DNA of 60,592 nt from Mycobacterium sp. (GTDB lineage: Bacteria > Actinomycetota > Actinomycetes > Mycobacteriales > Mycobacteriaceae): NCBI RefSeq assembly GCF_039583805.1, contig NZ_JAVKSH010000002.1:1-60592 (forward strand). The letters are read 5' to 3'. A program made the translations under genes and the position numbers. Below the pieces are notes generated by a model. It did no database searches and was not told where the DNA came from. It worked only from the letters and a program-made list of their open reading frames with translations. Of this stretch, positions 30,787-43,947 are shown in pieces. Positions within the stretch are counted from its first letter, which is position 1. Every line of letters begins with the position of its first letter.

Positions 30787-30847
30787 GTCGAGTGTGCGGT
30801 TTCGTACGCGACACGCCGGCGTTGGCGTAGCAAACCGCACACTCGAC
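30787..30847. repeat. REP-like hairpin (possible bidirectional terminator)
   Basis: Perfect 16-bp inverted repeat GTCGAGTGTGCGGTTT / AAACCGCACACTCGAC between convergent embB and accD4. Confidence 0.8.
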
Positions 30848-31137
30848 GAATAGCTCTGCTCGACGCGAGCGCCGACCAGGGCGTTTGCGCAATTTTCGAG
30901 TGAGCCGGGCACCTCCGGTGCCGACCGGCGCAGCGACACTTGAGTGACAACCAACGCGACGTGGCCGCCCCACGATATGCAATGAATTGAGCCGAGTCGG
31001 ATTCAGGCTATTTCACGGGTTGGATGCAGCAAGGGGCCGCCGGGGATTCAAGACCGCCCATCCCGCCGCGGCACCCCGACGCGAAGGGCCCTTCCGCGAT
31101 CGGCAAAGCGGGCGCCGACCACGTCGGTTGGTGATAG

Positions 31138-32691
31138 CTACACCGGGATCAGGCCGTGCTTGCGGCCGAGGCGCCACCACACTTGCTTGTCGCGCAACAG
31201 GTGCATCGACTTGCGCAGTAGCAGCCGGGTGTCGTGCGGTTCGATGACCGCGTCGATGAAACCCCGCTCGGCGGCGATCCACGGAATCGCCATGTTGAGG
31301 TTGTAGTTCTCGATGAAGCTCTTCTTGATCGCCTGCGCCTCCGGCGCATTCGGGTCCGGAAAGCGTTTCATCAGTAGTTGCGCGGCACCTTCGGCGCCGA
31401 TCACCGCGATGCGCGCGGTGGGCCAGGCGAGGTTCAGGTCGGCGGACAGCTGCTTGGAGCCCATCACCGCGTACGCCCCGCCGTAGGACTTACGGATGGT
31501 GAGCGTCACCTTCGGCACCTCGGCCTCGACGACCGCGTACAGGAAACGCCCGCCGCGCTTGATGATCCCGTTCTTCTCCTGCTCCACTCCGGGCAGGAAT
31601 CCGGGCGTGTCCACGACGAACACCAGCGGGAGGTGAAACGAATCGCAGAACCGGACGAACCGCGCCGCCTTGTCCGAGGCCTCGTTGTCGATCGCGCCCG
31701 ACAGGTGCATCGGCTGGTTGGCCACCACGCCGACCGCGTGCCCGTCGATCCGGGCGAACCCGGTGATCATGGCCTGCCCGGCCTGTGACGCGACGTCGAG
31801 GAAATCGCCGTCGTCGAAGATGCGCAGCAAGATCTCGTGCATGTCGTAGGCCATATTGTCGGAATCCGGCACGATCGTGTCGAGTTCCAGGTCGTGCGGC
31901 GTGATCTGCGGCTCCAGACCGGGATTGACGACCGGCGGGTCGTCGAAGCAGTTCGCCGGCACGAACGACAAAAAGTCGCGCACGTACTGGAAAGCCTCCG
32001 CCTCGGAGTCGACGACCTGGTGGATGTTGCCGTAGCGGGCCTGGTGGTCGGCGCCCCCGAGCTCGTCGAGGCTGACATCCTCGCCGGTGACGTCCTTGAT
32101 GACGTCGGGTCCGGTGACGAACATGTAGCCCTGGTCGCGCACCGCCACCACCGTATCGGTCTGGATCGGCGAATATACCGCTCCCCCAGCGCATTTGCCG
32201 AGAATGACGGAGACCTGCGGAACGATACCGCTCAACAGTTCGTGACGGCGGCCCAACTCCGCGTACCAGGCCAGCGAGGTGACCGCGTCCTGGATCCGGG
32301 CGCCGCCGGAGTCGTTGATGCCGACGATCGGGCAGGCCACCTTCGCGCACCACTCCATCAGGTGGGCGACCTTGCGGCCGAACATCTCTCCGACGCTGCC
32401 GCCGAACACGGTCTGGTCGTGGGAGAACACTCCGACCGGCCGCCCGTTGATGGTGCCGTGGCCGGTGACGACGCCGTCGCCGTAGAGCGCGCCCGGGTCG
32501 CCCGGGTTGCGCGCCAATGCCCCGGTCTCCAGGAAACTGCCCGGGTCGACGAGCTCGTGGACGCGGGCGCGGGCGCTGGGGAGACCCTTCCTGTCGCGTC
32601 GGGCTATCGCCTTCGCGTCGCCGGGTTCCCTTGCCAGTTGCAGTTTTTCGCGCAGTTCGGCCAGGCTTTCGGCGGTGGTCTTCGAGGTCAC
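31138..32691 (-). CDS. accD4: Acyl-CoA carboxylase beta subunit AccD4
   Basis: [32 protein letters not shown]; overlaps the pks13 stop. Confidence 0.96.
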   Translation of the reverse strand: MTSKTTAESLAELREKLQLAREPGDAKAIARRDRKGLPSARARVHELVDPGSFLETGALARNPGDPGALYGDGVVTGHGTINGRPVGVFSHDQTVFGGSVGEMFGRKVAHLMEWCAKVACPIVGINDSGGARIQDAVTSLAWYAELGRRHELLSGIVPQVSVILGKCAGGAVYSPIQTDTVVAVRDQGYMFVTGPDVIKDVTGEDVSLDELGGADHQARYGNIHQVVDSEAEAFQYVRDFLSFVPANCFDDPPVVNPGLEPQITPHDLELDTIVPDSDNMAYDMHEILLRIFDDGDFLDVASQAGQAMITGFARIDGHAVGVVANQPMHLSGAIDNEASDKAARFVRFCDSFHLPLVFVVDTPGFLPGVEQEKNGIIKRGGRFLYAVVEAEVPKVTLTIRKSYGGAYAVMGSKQLSADLNLAWPTARIAVIGAEGAAQLLMKRFPDPNAPEAQAIKKSFIENYNLNMAIPWIAAERGFIDAVIEPHDTRLLLRKSMHLLRDKQVWWRLGRKHGLIPV

Positions 32692-35600
32692 GTGTGCGCC
32701 TTCTGCTCAGCATCGATCCTGGCATCGATCGTGGTCAGGACCTGGGTCATGTGCGCGCCGACCTTGGCGATGATCGGCTCGTCGATGGCCTGGATGTGCT
32801 CGCCGCCGATGTGCACGACCTCCAGATCGGCGACGAACTCGCCCCAGCCGCCGTCGGGTTTACGGACGGCGTAGCGCGGCTCGAACATGATCGCGTCGTC
32901 GTGGTAACGGTCGGCCATGTAGAGCGTCACATGCCCGTCGTAGGGCTGGATCTGCACGGTGTCCAAGGCCCGGTTGTCCAGATACGACGTCCGCTGATGC
33001 TCGACGATGCCGGCCGGGATCTGCGCCCCGCTCTGCTTGACCGCCTCCAGCACGAAGCGGACCTGGCCCTCGTCGTCGAGCTTTTCGAGCTCCTCATAGG
33101 GAATCGCGGGAATCGAGACGTTGAACGTCTTTTCGGCGAAGCGAGCGTAGCGGTCCCAGCGTTTGCGGATCTCCTCGCTGGTCTGCGGGATCTCCTCTGC
33201 GGGGCGCACCGTGTCGATCAGGCCCACGAACGGCACGTCGCAACCCAGTCGCTTCAACCCCACCGCACACGCGTACGCCAGGGCGCCGCCGAGCGACCAG
33301 CCGGCCAGGATGAACGGCCCGTCACCCTGCATCTGCACCAGCCTGGGCAGGTAGATCGCGGCGCGTTCTTCGATGGAGCCCTCGACCCGCTCGAAGCCGT
33401 ACATCGGGGTGTCCGGCGGCAGGCGGTCCAGCAGCGGCTCGTAGACCACCGTCGACCCGCCGGCCGGATGGAACACGAATACCGGAACCCGCGACGCGCC
33501 TTCGGGTCTGGCCCGCAGTGTCCGCACGAAACCGTCGACCTGCCCGGCCTCCAGGTACTCGCGGACCTTCTCGGCCAGCTCCTCGATGTTCGCGGCTGCC
33601 TTCACGTCGTCGGCGCTGATCGGTCCGGCGGCACGTTCGGAAAGCCGTTGCGCCATCTTGGCGACTGCGTCGTCGTCGAGCCCCGGCAGCGGTGTGAAGA
33701 TGCCGCCCGGTGACTTGCCGGTGACGATCGCCCACGTCGCGAATGTGACCCGCTCGGCGGCGTCGCGCGGCGGCACATCGGAATTGAGCGCCTCGGCGAC
33801 CGCCCGCTGGTTGAGCGCCCGTGCCGCGGCAGTCAGGTTCGGCTCGTCGGCCGCGGCGGGCGGGCCGGCCGGGTCGGTCGGCGGCGGCGGAACGGCCGCA
33901 TCGGACGCCGGTGACACCGCCCCCGGCGCCGGCGACGCCGCCTCCGGCTCGGTCGACGCCGCAGGCTCGGGCGGCTCCGGCAAGGGCTGGTCGACCGCCG
34001 GCGGCGACTCGCCGCCGAGTACTTCGGCCGCTACCTTGGCGATCTCCTCGGCGCTCTGCGTCTGCTGGTAGTCGTGCAGCTGCTCTACCTCGTCGCGGTG
34101 CTCGATCGCGTAGACGATCAGCTGCTCGACGTTGTAGAGGTTGGCGTCACGGACCGCCTGCAACTGGATCGGCGGCATGTCGAAGTCGTACTCGACGCGG
34201 TTCTTGATCCGCACCGCCATCATCGAGTCCAGGCCCAGCTCCATCAGCGGAACCTCCCACGGCAGGTCCTCGGGCGCGTAGCCCATCGCCGTCGACACGA
34301 TCATGCCCAGCCGCTGGCCAACGGTTTCACCGGAATCCGGCGACCACTTCTCGAAGGTGACCCCGGTTCGCCGGGTGAGGCTGTCGTGCACGATGTCGGC
34401 GTCGTCGGGTTCTGGCTCGGGCTCGACGGGTGCGGTCACGGTGGTCGTCGGGGTTGCCGTCGCCGCGCCGACGGCAACCGGCAGTCCCGCGACACCGGCC
34501 TGACCCGCCCGCGCGACCAGGGCGTCGTAGACCAGCGTGAAGGATTCGCCGATGCGCGCGTGCACCTGCACGGACGCGCCGCCGGGGTGGCGGGTCAGCG
34601 TCGTCACCAGCCGGGCGTCGTCGGCGGGCACCGCCCGCTGCTCGGCGGCCGTCAGCTGTGCATCTGGAAGTATCTGCTCCGCAGCGGCTTTCACCAAAGC
34701 AGCCAGCTCGGGGTTGCCGCCGCGCGGCGCCCACTCCCAGACGTGCCGGCCGTCCGGAAGCGCGACGTGAGTGCCCGGCACCAGCACCGAACCGTCGCCG
34801 GAGAAGTGCACGTCGAGCCAGTACTCCTTGCGGTGGAACCGGGTCGGCGGAATGTTCGCGTAGTCCTCCGGGCCGACAGCGCGGGTGAACAGCGTGCGGA
34901 TGTCCAGGTCGTGGCCGCAGACGAAAAGCTGCGCCATCGCCGCGGTCATCGAGTCGACGTCGTCCTGTTTGCGGGCCAGCGTCGGAATCAGCTGTGCATC
35001 AGGCAATCCCGCCGCAGCTGTGGTCAAGCCCACCTGCACCAGCGCAACCGGGTTGGGCGCCAACTCCACAAAGGTCATGTAACCGGCCTCGACGGCGTTG
35101 CTGATGCCCTGGGTGAAGCGGACCGAATGTCGCAGGCCCTTCATCCAGTACGCGACGTCGTGGATCGGCTCGCCGCCGGGCCGGATGTAGCTGCCCTCGT
35201 GCACCGTGGAGAAGTAGCCGGTGGTCAGCGGCATCGGCGCAATGCCGGCGAGCTCGGCCGCGAGCTCACCCAGCAGCGGGTCCATCTGCGAGGTGTGGCT
35301 GGCGCCCTTGGTCGCGAACTTGCGGGCGAAGCGGCCCTCTTCTTCGCAGCGGGCGATGATCGCATCCACCTGCTCGGGCGGGCCGCCGATCACGGTCTGG
35401 GTCGGTGCGGCGTAGACGCACACCTCCAGGTCCGGGAAATCCGAGAAAACCGTGCGGATTTCGTCGGCGGAGTATTCCACCAGCGCCATCAGCCGGATGT
35501 ACTCGCCGAACAGCATCGCCTCACCCTCGCCCATCAAATGGGCCCGCGAGCAGATCGTGCGGGTGGCGTCCGCCAGCGACAGCCCGCCGGCGAAGTAGGC

Positions 35601-38063
35601 CGCCGCCGCCTCGCCCAGTGACTGGCCGATGACCGCGGCGGGCCGGGCACCGTGATGGCGCAACAACTCACCCAGCGCGACCTGGATGGCGAAGATCACC
35701 ACCTGGGTGGTCTCGATGCCGTAGTCCTGCGAGTCGTCGAGAATCATTTCCAGGATCGAATAGCCGCGCTCGTCCTGGATCAACGCGTCGCACCTGTCGA
35801 TCCACTCGGCGAAGACCGCGTTGCGCAGGTACAGGTCCTTGCCCATCTTGCGGTGCTGGGCTCCGAAGCCGGCGAGCACCCACACCGGGCCGGACGCCAC
35901 CGGCCCGTCGGCGCTGTAGACGGTGGGGCTCTGCTTGCCGGCGGCCACCGCGCGCAGCCCGCTGATCGCCTCGTCGTGGTCGCGGGCCAGCACCACCGCC
36001 CGGGAGCGGCCGTGGTTGCGCCGCGACAGCGCCCGGCCGATCGACTCCAGCGACGACGCCCGGCCTTCCTCGGTCTCCATCCAGTCGGCCAGCTCGGCGG
36101 CGGCGGCCTTCTTGCGTGACGTCAGGAACGCCGACACGGCCAGCGGCACGATTGGTGCCGGAACCTCTTGTGCCGCAAGCTCTTCGGTTGCGATCGCCTT
36201 GAGCCGCAACGCCTCCTCGGTGACGCCGGGCAGGTCCGGTTCCACAGCGGCAGCGCCCGCGGCAATGCCCTCACCTTGGACGAACTCGCCGTACTCGTCG
36301 AACCGCACCCCGCCGGCGTGCTCGGCCTGCGTGTCCGCAGCGGTCGTGTCCCCAGCGGTCGTGTCCCCAGCGGTCGTGTCCCCAGGGGGCTCCGGTTCGC
36401 GCGTCTGCGTTTCCGCCTTTTCCACGACATCGCGCGGCAGCACCTCGCGCAGCACCACATGCGCGTTGGCGCCGCCGAAGCCGAAGCTGGACACCCCGGC
36501 GATCGCGTACCCGCTGTAGCGGGGCCAGTCGGCCACCGTGTCCAAGACGCGTAGGCGCGCGGCGTCGAAGTCGATGTAGGGGCTGGGCCCGGCGTAGTTG
36601 ATCGACGGCGGCAGCGTGCCGTGCTGCAGCGCCAGCACCATCTTGGCCAGGCTGGCCACCCCGGCAGCCGATTCCAGGTGCCCGATGTTGGTTTTGATCG
36701 CGCCCAGCAGAGCCGGCTTGTCGGCGGGACGGCCCCGGCCGACCACGCGGCCCAGAGCCTGCGCTTCGATGGGGTCGCCGAGGGCGGTTCCGGTGCCGTG
36801 CGCCTCGATGTAGTCGACGCTGCGTGGGTTGATGCCGGCGTCCTTGTACGCCCGGCGCAACACGTCGGCCTGGGCGTCCGGGTTGGGCGCGATCAGCCCG
36901 TTGGAGCGGCCGTCGTGGTTGACTGCGCTGCCGGCGATCACCGCCAGGATCATGTCGCCGTCGCGGCGGGCGTCGTCGACCCGTTTGAGCACCAGCATGC
37001 CGCCGCCCTCGGAGCGGGTGTAGCCGTCAGCGTCGGCGGAGAACGACTTGATTCGGCCGTCCGGTGCGAGCACGGCGCCGATCTCGTCGAACCCCAGCGT
37101 CACCGCCGGGGTGATCAGCGCGTTGACCCCGCCGGCGACGGCGACGTCGCACTCGCCGCTGCGCAGCGCCGCCACCGCCTGATGCGTCGCCACCAGGGAA
37201 CTCGAGCAGGCGGTGTCCACCGCCACCGACGGGCCACGGAAGTCGAAGAAGTACGACACCCGGTTGGCGACGATCGAGCTCGCCGTACCGGTGATGGCAT
37301 AGGGGTGCGCGGCGGTCGGGTCGGACATCACCAGGAAGCCGTAGTCGTTGACCGAGGTGCCGACGAAAACCCCGACGGCTTCGCCGCGCAGGCTCGACGC
37401 CGGGATCCGGGCGTTCTCCAGCGCCTCCCAGGTCAGCTCCAGCGTCATCCTTTGTTGCGGGTCGATGTTGTCGGCTTCGGTCTTCGACAGCGCGAAGAAC
37501 TCGGCGTCGAAACCCTTGATGTCGCTCAGGTAGCCACCGCGGGTGCGGGCCTTGGCCACCCGCTCGGCCATCCGCCGCTCCTCGGTGAACTCCGACCAGC
37601 GGCCCTCGGGCAGGTCGGTGATCGCGTCACGACCCTCCAGCAGCGCCCGCCAGGTTTCCTCGGGGGTGTTCATGTCGCCCGGGAACCGGGTGGCCAGCCC
37701 CACCACGGCGATGTCGACCCGTTCGGTCGGGCCGGGGCGAGACCAGTCGGCGTCGTCGTCATCCTCGTGCAATGGATCACCTTCGACGATCCAGGTGGCC
37801 AACGATTCGATGGTCGGATGCTCGAACGCGGCCGCGATCGACACCGTGACACCGGTGCGGTCTTCGATGTCGGCGGCCATCGCCACCGCGTCGCGCGACG
37901 ACAGGCCCAGCTCCACCATCGGCGTCGCGTCGTCGACGGCATCCGGCGCCTGGCCGGTCGCCCGGGCGACCCAGTTGCGCAGCCACTGCCGCACCTCGGC
38001 GACCGTCATGTCGGTGCGCGCAGACGTCGCAGCTGCGCCGGAGTCGATGTCGGTGTCAGTCAT
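32688..38063 (-). CDS. pks13: Mycolate condensase Pks13 (ACP-KS-AT-ACP-TE)
   Basis: LGLSSRD, DTACSSS, HGTGT, GQSLG, LGLDSMM and GWSLG motifs in order. Confidence 0.97.
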   Translation of the reverse strand: MTDTDIDSGAAATSARTDMTVAEVRQWLRNWVARATGQAPDAVDDATPMVELGLSSRDAVAMAADIEDRTGVTVSIAAAFEHPTIESLATWIVEGDPLHEDDDDADWSRPGPTERVDIAVVGLATRFPGDMNTPEETWRALLEGRDAITDLPEGRWSEFTEERRMAERVAKARTRGGYLSDIKGFDAEFFALSKTEADNIDPQQRMTLELTWEALENARIPASSLRGEAVGVFVGTSVNDYGFLVMSDPTAAHPYAITGTASSIVANRVSYFFDFRGPSVAVDTACSSSLVATHQAVAALRSGECDVAVAGGVNALITPAVTLGFDEIGAVLAPDGRIKSFSADADGYTRSEGGGMLVLKRVDDARRDGDMILAVIAGSAVNHDGRSNGLIAPNPDAQADVLRRAYKDAGINPRSVDYIEAHGTGTALGDPIEAQALGRVVGRGRPADKPALLGAIKTNIGHLESAAGVASLAKMVLALQHGTLPPSINYAGPSPYIDFDAARLRVLDTVADWPRYSGYAIAGVSSFGFGGANAHVVLREVLPRDVVEKAETQTREPEPPGDTTAGDTTAGDTTAADTQAEHAGGVRFDEYGEFVQGEGIAAGAAAVEPDLPGVTEEALRLKAIATEELAAQEVPAPIVPLAVSAFLTSRKKAAAAELADWMETEEGRASSLESIGRALSRRNHGRSRAVVLARDHDEAISGLRAVAAGKQSPTVYSADGPVASGPVWVLAGFGAQHRKMGKDLYLRNAVFAEWIDRCDALIQDERGYSILEMILDDSQDYGIETTQVVIFAIQVALGELLRHHGARPAAVIGQSLGEAAAAYFAGGLSLADATRTICSRAHLMGEGEAMLFGEYIRLMALVEYSADEIRTVFSDFPDLEVCVYAAPTQTVIGGPPEQVDAIIARCEEEGRFARKFATKGASHTSQMDPLLGELAAELAGIAPMPLTTGYFSTVHEGSYIRPGGEPIHDVAYWMKGLRHSVRFTQGISNAVEAGYMTFVELAPNPVALVQVGLTTAAAGLPDAQLIPTLARKQDDVDSMTAAMAQLFVCGHDLDIRTLFTRAVGPEDYANIPPTRFHRKEYWLDVHFSGDGSVLVPGTHVALPDGRHVWEWAPRGGNPELAALVKAAAEQILPDAQLTAAEQRAVPADDARLVTTLTRHPGGASVQVHARIGESFTLVYDALVARAGQAGVAGLPVAVGAATATPTTTVTAPVEPEPEPDDADIVHDSLTRRTGVTFEKWSPDSGETVGQRLGMIVSTAMGYAPEDLPWEVPLMELGLDSMMAVRIKNRVEYDFDMPPIQLQAVRDANLYNVEQLIVYAIEHRDEVEQLHDYQQTQSAEEIAKVAAEVLGGESPPAVDQPLPEPPEPAASTEPEAASPAPGAVSPASDAAVPPPPTDPAGPPAAADEPNLTAAARALNQRAVAEALNSDVPPRDAAERVTFATWAIVTGKSPGGIFTPLPGLDDDAVAKMAQRLSERAAGPISADDVKAAANIEELAEKVREYLEAGQVDGFVRTLRARPEGASRVPVFVFHPAGGSTVVYEPLLDRLPPDTPMYGFERVEGSIEERAAIYLPRLVQMQGDGPFILAGWSLGGALAYACAVGLKRLGCDVPFVGLIDTVRPAEEIPQTSEEIRKRWDRYARFAEKTFNVSIPAIPYEELEKLDDEGQVRFVLEAVKQSGAQIPAGIVEHQRTSYLDNRALDTVQIQPYDGHVTLYMADRYHDDAIMFEPRYAVRKPDGGWGEFVADLEVVHIGGEHIQAIDEPIIAKVGAHMTQVLTTIDARIDAEQKAHT
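36338..36385. repeat. 15-bp in-frame repeat x3 in the pks13 KS-AT linker (GDTTA)
   Basis: CAGCGGTCGTGTCCC x3. Confidence 0.9.
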
Positions 38064-38068
38064 CCCGA

Positions 38069-39958
38069 TCAGACCGCCTCGTCCGGGAAAACATTCGGGG
38101 ACGCGGCGCCGCTGCGCAGGCTGCCGTCGAGATAGGCGGCACGGCAGGCGCGGCGACCGATCTTGCCGCTCGACGTCCTCGGGATCGACCCGGCCTGCAC
38201 CAGCAGCACATCGCGGGCCGTCACCCCGTGCCGGACGGCGATGGCCGCCCGGATGTCGTCGGCGATCGGCCCCGGGTCGAGCTTGTGCGTGCCGGCGGCG
38301 CGCTCGCCGACGATCACCAGCTGCTCGGAGGTGTCCTCCGGGTCGTACTTCAGGCCCGCATGCGGGTTGTCGAACACTTCCGACGGCAACTGGTTGGCCG
38401 GTACCGAGAACGCGGCGACGTAGCCCACCCGCACCGCGCGGTTCGATTCCTGGGCCGAGTACTCCAGATCCTGCGGGTAGTGGTTGCGCCCGTCGATGAT
38501 GACGAGATCCTTGACCCGGCCGGTGATGTAGAGGTGACCGTCGTGGTAGGTGCCGTAGTCACCGGTGCGAACCCACAGCCCGTCGTCGGGGGCGCCGTCG
38601 GCATGCGACGGGTTGGTGCGGGACTTGAGGATGTTCTTGAAGGTCTCGGTGGACTCGTCCTCTTTGTTCCAGTAGCCGGTGCCCATGTTGTTGCCGTGCA
38701 GCCAGACCTCGCCGATCTGGCCGTCGGGAACCTCGGTGGCCGACTCCGCGTCGACGATCACCGCCCACTCGTCGACGCCGATCAGCCCGGCGGAGGCCTG
38801 CGCGACGGCGTTCGGCGAATCGCCGGGCACCTCCACGAACCGGTGATTGTTCAGCTCGTCCCGGTCGACGTGGATGATCTTGGGTTTGGCGTCCATCGGC
38901 GTGGTGGAGACGAACAGGGTCGCCTCGGCCAGGCCGTAGGACGGTTTGATCGCCTCCTCCCGAAAACCGTACGGCGCGAACGCCTGGTTGAACTTGCGCA
39001 GCGACGCCGCCGACACCGGCTCGCTGCCGTTGAGCAGCGCCTTCACATTGCTCAGGTCCAGCGGCGGCTCACCGTCTTTGGGCAGGCCGCGGGCCGCGGC
39101 GTGCTCGAACGCGAAATTCGGTGCGGCGGAGATGGTTCCGCCGGTCTCACCTTCCTTGCGGGCGAGTTCGCGGATCCAGCGGCCGGGCCGGCGCACGAAG
39201 GCGGCCGGCGTCATGAAGGTGCACTGGTAGCCGATCACCGACGACAACATGATGGTGATCAGGCCCATGTCGTGGAAGAACGGCAGCCAGGTGACGCCGC
39301 GGTCGCCCTCTTGGCCCTCCAGCGCGTGGATCACCTGAACCACATTGGTGGGCAGGTTCAGATGGCTGATCTGCACCCCCGCCGGGGCGCGGGTGGAGCC
39401 CGAGGTGTACTGCAGGTACGCGATGGAGTCCGCGTCGACGGGCACCATCTCCCAGGTGGCACCGACCTCCGCCGGCACCGCGTCGACGGCGATGACGCGC
39501 GGCCGTTCCCCGGCCGGCCGGTTGCGGATGAACTTGCGGACGCCCTCGGCGGAATCGGCGGTGGTCAGGATCGTCGACGGGGCGCAGTCGTCGAGCACCG
39601 CATGCAGGCGGCCGACGTGACCCGGCTCTGCTGGGTCGAACAGCGGCACCGCGATCCGGCCGGCGTACAGGGTGCCGAACAACGCCACCAGGTAGGCCAG
39701 GTTCTGCGGGCACAGAATCGCAATCCGGTCCCCCGGCTGGGTGACCTGCTGCAGCCGGGCCCCCAACGCCCGGTTGCGGGTGCCGAACTCCGACCAGGAG
39801 ATGTCTCGTACCACGCCGTCACGTTCGGTGGAGAAGTCCACAAACCGGTACGCGAGCTTGTCGCCGCGCACCGCCGCCCAGCGTTCGACGGTCTTGACCA
39901 GGTTGGCGTTGTCGGGGAACGTGATCTTGCCGTTCACGATGAACGGGTTGTGGTACAT
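38069..39958 (-). CDS. fadD32: Fatty acyl-AMP ligase FadD32
   Basis: [10 protein letters not shown] start, [24 protein letters not shown]; AGGAG RBS. Confidence 0.97.
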   Translation of the reverse strand: MYHNPFIVNGKITFPDNANLVKTVERWAAVRGDKLAYRFVDFSTERDGVVRDISWSEFGTRNRALGARLQQVTQPGDRIAILCPQNLAYLVALFGTLYAGRIAVPLFDPAEPGHVGRLHAVLDDCAPSTILTTADSAEGVRKFIRNRPAGERPRVIAVDAVPAEVGATWEMVPVDADSIAYLQYTSGSTRAPAGVQISHLNLPTNVVQVIHALEGQEGDRGVTWLPFFHDMGLITIMLSSVIGYQCTFMTPAAFVRRPGRWIRELARKEGETGGTISAAPNFAFEHAAARGLPKDGEPPLDLSNVKALLNGSEPVSAASLRKFNQAFAPYGFREEAIKPSYGLAEATLFVSTTPMDAKPKIIHVDRDELNNHRFVEVPGDSPNAVAQASAGLIGVDEWAVIVDAESATEVPDGQIGEVWLHGNNMGTGYWNKEDESTETFKNILKSRTNPSHADGAPDDGLWVRTGDYGTYHDGHLYITGRVKDLVIIDGRNHYPQDLEYSAQESNRAVRVGYVAAFSVPANQLPSEVFDNPHAGLKYDPEDTSEQLVIVGERAAGTHKLDPGPIADDIRAAIAVRHGVTARDVLLVQAGSIPRTSSGKIGRRACRAAYLDGSLRSGAASPNVFPDEAV

Positions 39959-39989
39959 ACCATTCTCCTGTCACAACACATCTCGGCCC

Positions 39990-40033
39990 GCTACGTCTGT
40001 GGTCGGCTACGTCTGTGGTCGGCTACGTCTGTG
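39990..40033. repeat. 16-bp tandem repeat x2.75 in the fadD32 leader (GCTACGTCTGTGGTCG)
   Basis: Read directly. Confidence 0.9.
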
Positions 40034-40156
40034 CGGCTCGCCGGGCCGTCGCAGCCGACCCGACGCGCCCCGCGGGATGCCGCAAACCCCCAGATGGTAC
40101 CGAGGCCCATGCGCAAATGGGCAGCACGTCGACGCGAAATACCAACCGCAATGCAT

Positions 40157-40179
40157 CTTAACGATCTCTTAATGTTAAG
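40157..40179. promoter_or_regulatory. AT-rich candidate operator/promoter upstream of fadD32
   Basis: CTTAAC-N11-GTTAAG inverted repeat, with CTTAA repeated at 11-bp spacing. Confidence 0.4.
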
Positions 40180-40227
40180 GGGTCAGCCGCTCCGGACCAA
40201 ATCCGAAAGCGCCGCGTGTCGCGCCGC

Positions 40228-41250
40228 TCAGCGGTGTCGGGGATGTGGTGCGTCGGCGATGACATTCCGCGCCCAGTTCAGGGTCCACTGGGTTGCCGAC
40301 TCCCCGTCCAGGCTCCAGAACTGGGTGGTCGCATACATGGCGTGCACCGGCTGGCCGGCGCCCCCGGCCAGGGCGTCCAGCGTCTTGGGCAGGTTCGCGA
40401 TGTTGAACGCATCCCGGGGTGCGGCGCAGATCAGGTCACCGGGAGCGCAGATCTCGTTGGTCCGGTCGTCGAGCGCCCCGAACCCGCCCGCGCGCGCACC
40501 GGTCATCGCGAGCCCGAGCCCGGACAGCACAGGCACCTCGTGCAGGGTGATCTCCGCGCCCTCCCCGGGCGGGTTGGGGCCGATGTCCTTGCCCACCCCG
40601 TCCTGGCGGCGGCCGTCGGCGATCAGTGTCACGCCCAGAACCAGATCCGCGTCGACCGGTCCGCGCCCGTTGCCGATGTCGCTGGCGATATCCCCCGCGA
40701 TCACCGCGCCCTGGGAGAAGCCGATCAGTACGTAACTGGTCAGCGGGCACCTGTCGTTCATGTCGGTCATCGCCTTGAGCGTCGCGCGGGTTCCCTCGGC
40801 CCGGCTGTCGTTGTAGGACATCTGCTGGTCGGCGCTCAGCGGATTGTGGAACTGCGCGGTGTAGGGGACCGTGTACACCTCGACCCGGCTGGAGTCGAAC
40901 TGCTCGGAGATCGGTTGGGTGATGTCGCGCAGCAGCGCGTTCGGGAACTCCGCCGGGTGCAACGGGTTGTCGGTGAGCGACGACTCCCACGTTCCCGGCA
41001 CGGCGATCAGTTGCACGTCGGGGCAGCTGGCGTCCTGGAAGGCCGGGCGGGGTTTCGTCGGCCGCGCCGGAGCGCTGGTCGGCGGTACGACGCCGGGCGG
41101 CACCGCGGTGGGCGGCAGTTCAGGCCTGCGCAGGATGACAACCGCCGCCCAGATGACCAACGCCACGACCAGCGCGACCACCCCGGCGGCGGCCAACGCG
41201 AGGACGCGGTGGCGCTTGCGCCGGGACTTACCAGCCTTGTTGGCAGCCAT
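40228..41250 (-). CDS. Cutinase-like phospholipase/thioesterase (Rv3802c/Culp6-like)
   Basis: N-terminal TM, VPGTWES, GFSQG, GDLIC, PVHAMY. Confidence 0.93.
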   Translation of the reverse strand: MAANKAGKSRRKRHRVLALAAAGVVALVVALVIWAAVVILRRPELPPTAVPPGVVPPTSAPARPTKPRPAFQDASCPDVQLIAVPGTWESSLTDNPLHPAEFPNALLRDITQPISEQFDSSRVEVYTVPYTAQFHNPLSADQQMSYNDSRAEGTRATLKAMTDMNDRCPLTSYVLIGFSQGAVIAGDIASDIGNGRGPVDADLVLGVTLIADGRRQDGVGKDIGPNPPGEGAEITLHEVPVLSGLGLAMTGARAGGFGALDDRTNEICAPGDLICAAPRDAFNIANLPKTLDALAGGAGQPVHAMYATTQFWSLDGESATQWTLNWARNVIADAPHPRHR

Positions 41251-41271
41251 GTCTCCTGCTCACAGAGTCGA

Positions 41272-41327
41272 TCGGGAAGGGTCGGTCGGGAAGGGTCGGT
41301 CGGGAAGGGTCGGCCGGGAAGGGTCGT
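41272..41327. repeat. 14-bp tandem repeat x4 (TCGGGAAGGGTCGG)
   Basis: Read directly; contains eight GGG tracts. Confidence 0.9.
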
Positions 41328-41436
41328 CCGCAGAAACCGGCGGCCGGGCCGCTACGTCTGCCGCACGCCTTCACGGTACCGGTTCCCGGCAGCGGCGCCG
41401 GCCCCCGAGCGGGGCCAGCCGATCCGGGCCGGCGGG

Positions 41437-42324
41437 CTACCGGATCGCGCCGACGACGTCACCGGACATCGCGCCCAGCTGCGACGCCCACGACCCCCAG
41501 CCGTTGTCCCCGCCGGCCGGGAAATCGAAATGCCCGTTGTGTCCCCCGACGCTGCGGTACTGCTGGTAGAAGAACCGGCTGTTGCCCATGGCCTGGTCGG
41601 CTTGGCCGATCATGGCGGCATCATCGCCGGGCGCCCCGAATCCCGGGCTGTAAACCCAGATCCGGCTGTTGTTCTGCGCCAGCAGCGACGCGTGGACATA
41701 GGGGTCGTGGAACTTCCACCGGCCCAGCTGCGGCGCACCCCACATCCCGTAGCTGTCCACGCCGCCGTACTGCGCCATGCCGGCCGTGATCGCACCGTTC
41801 GTGATGGTGTTCGAGGGGTAGAGGAACCCCGACAGCGAGCCCGCGTAACCGAACCGGTCGGGGTGGAAGCAGGCCAGCGCCATCGCGGCGTATCCGCCCT
41901 GCGACGCCCCGACCACGGCGTGCCCGCCCGGCGCCAGCCCCTTGTTGGCGGCCAGCCAATCCGGCAGCTCGCTGGACAGGAAGGTGTCCCACTGCTTGCT
42001 GCCGTCCCGCTCCCAGTCGGTGTACATGCTGAACGCGCCGCCCGCGGGAGCGGCCACCGAGATGCCCTTGCCGGCCAGGGTGTTCATGGCGTTGCCCGCG
42101 GTCACCCAGTTGCTGACGTCGGGCCCGCCGTTGAACGCGTCCAGCAGGTAGACCGCGTGCGGTCCACCACCCAGGAACGCGACCGGGATGTCGCGGCCCA
42201 TGGCCCCGGACGGGACCATCAGCGTCTCGTAGCTCGCGGCGTGCGCGGTGGCGCCGACGGCTCCCAGGCCCAGTGTCAGGACGGCCGTCCACATGATTCG
42301 CAGCAGCATCGACAGGCCCCTCAT
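41437..42324 (-). CDS. fbpD: MPT51/FbpD (FbpC1) antigen 85-like protein
   Basis: LMVPSGAMGRDIPV, SNWVTAGNAM, DNGWGSW; downstream of fbpA. Confidence 0.93.
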   Translation of the reverse strand: MRGLSMLLRIMWTAVLTLGLGAVGATAHAASYETLMVPSGAMGRDIPVAFLGGGPHAVYLLDAFNGGPDVSNWVTAGNAMNTLAGKGISVAAPAGGAFSMYTDWERDGSKQWDTFLSSELPDWLAANKGLAPGGHAVVGASQGGYAAMALACFHPDRFGYAGSLSGFLYPSNTITNGAITAGMAQYGGVDSYGMWGAPQLGRWKFHDPYVHASLLAQNNSRIWVYSPGFGAPGDDAAMIGQADQAMGNSRFFYQQYRSVGGHNGHFDFPAGGDNGWGSWASQLGAMSGDVVGAIR

Positions 42325-42441
42325 GCTCAACCTCTCTTGTGTGTCGACTCGTGTATCGACTCGTGTATCGCTTCGCGAGCACCGCACCCCCGTCCCGCAA
42401 GGTAGTGAATCACAGAAGGCGCGCCGGGATGGGCGGAATGA

Positions 42442-42477
42442 CCGACGGCGGCGACCTGTCGAGGTCGCCGCCGTCGG
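42442..42477 (-). terminator. Strong hairpin after fbpA
   Basis: Perfect 16-bp stem CCGACGGCGGCGACCT with 4-nt loop, 25 nt past the fbpA stop; no U-tract. Confidence 0.65.
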
Positions 42478-42501
42478 CTGTAGGTTCTGCGTTGCGCCTG
42501 C

Positions 42502-43620
<1,119 letters not shown>

Positions 43621-43947
43621 TCATTTGGGTCGGACTTCATGCTTCGCGTCACCCGACGCGCCCTCACGAGCAGGAGATCCCACCCCGGGCTGATTCGTCG
43701 TCGGGCCGGCCACAGTGCACAGCCACGCCCGCGTAGTCAACCACATCCGCGGGCGACGGCGCGCCTCGCGGGCCGTCGATCCGCACCGCGGGCGACCCGA
43801 TCAGCGCCTGCCACACCCCACCGAACGCCCGCGGCGTCAGTGTGCTCATTCAGGTCTATGTGCTGCTGAAAGCAGATCTGATCGATTGCTGACGAGGTGT
43901 CCGAACGCGGACTTGCCGACGGTGAGCGGGGTGACAAAAAATTTTCG

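Noticed and set aside
30292-30954. 220-aa minus-strand ORF downstream of embB
   Set aside because: Overlaps embB, runs through repeats and has no recognisable motif.
32940-33000. Pks13 thioesterase inhibitor-resistance substitutions
   Set aside because: SYLDNRALD keeps the Asn and Asp positions as recalled for H37Rv; nothing unusual.
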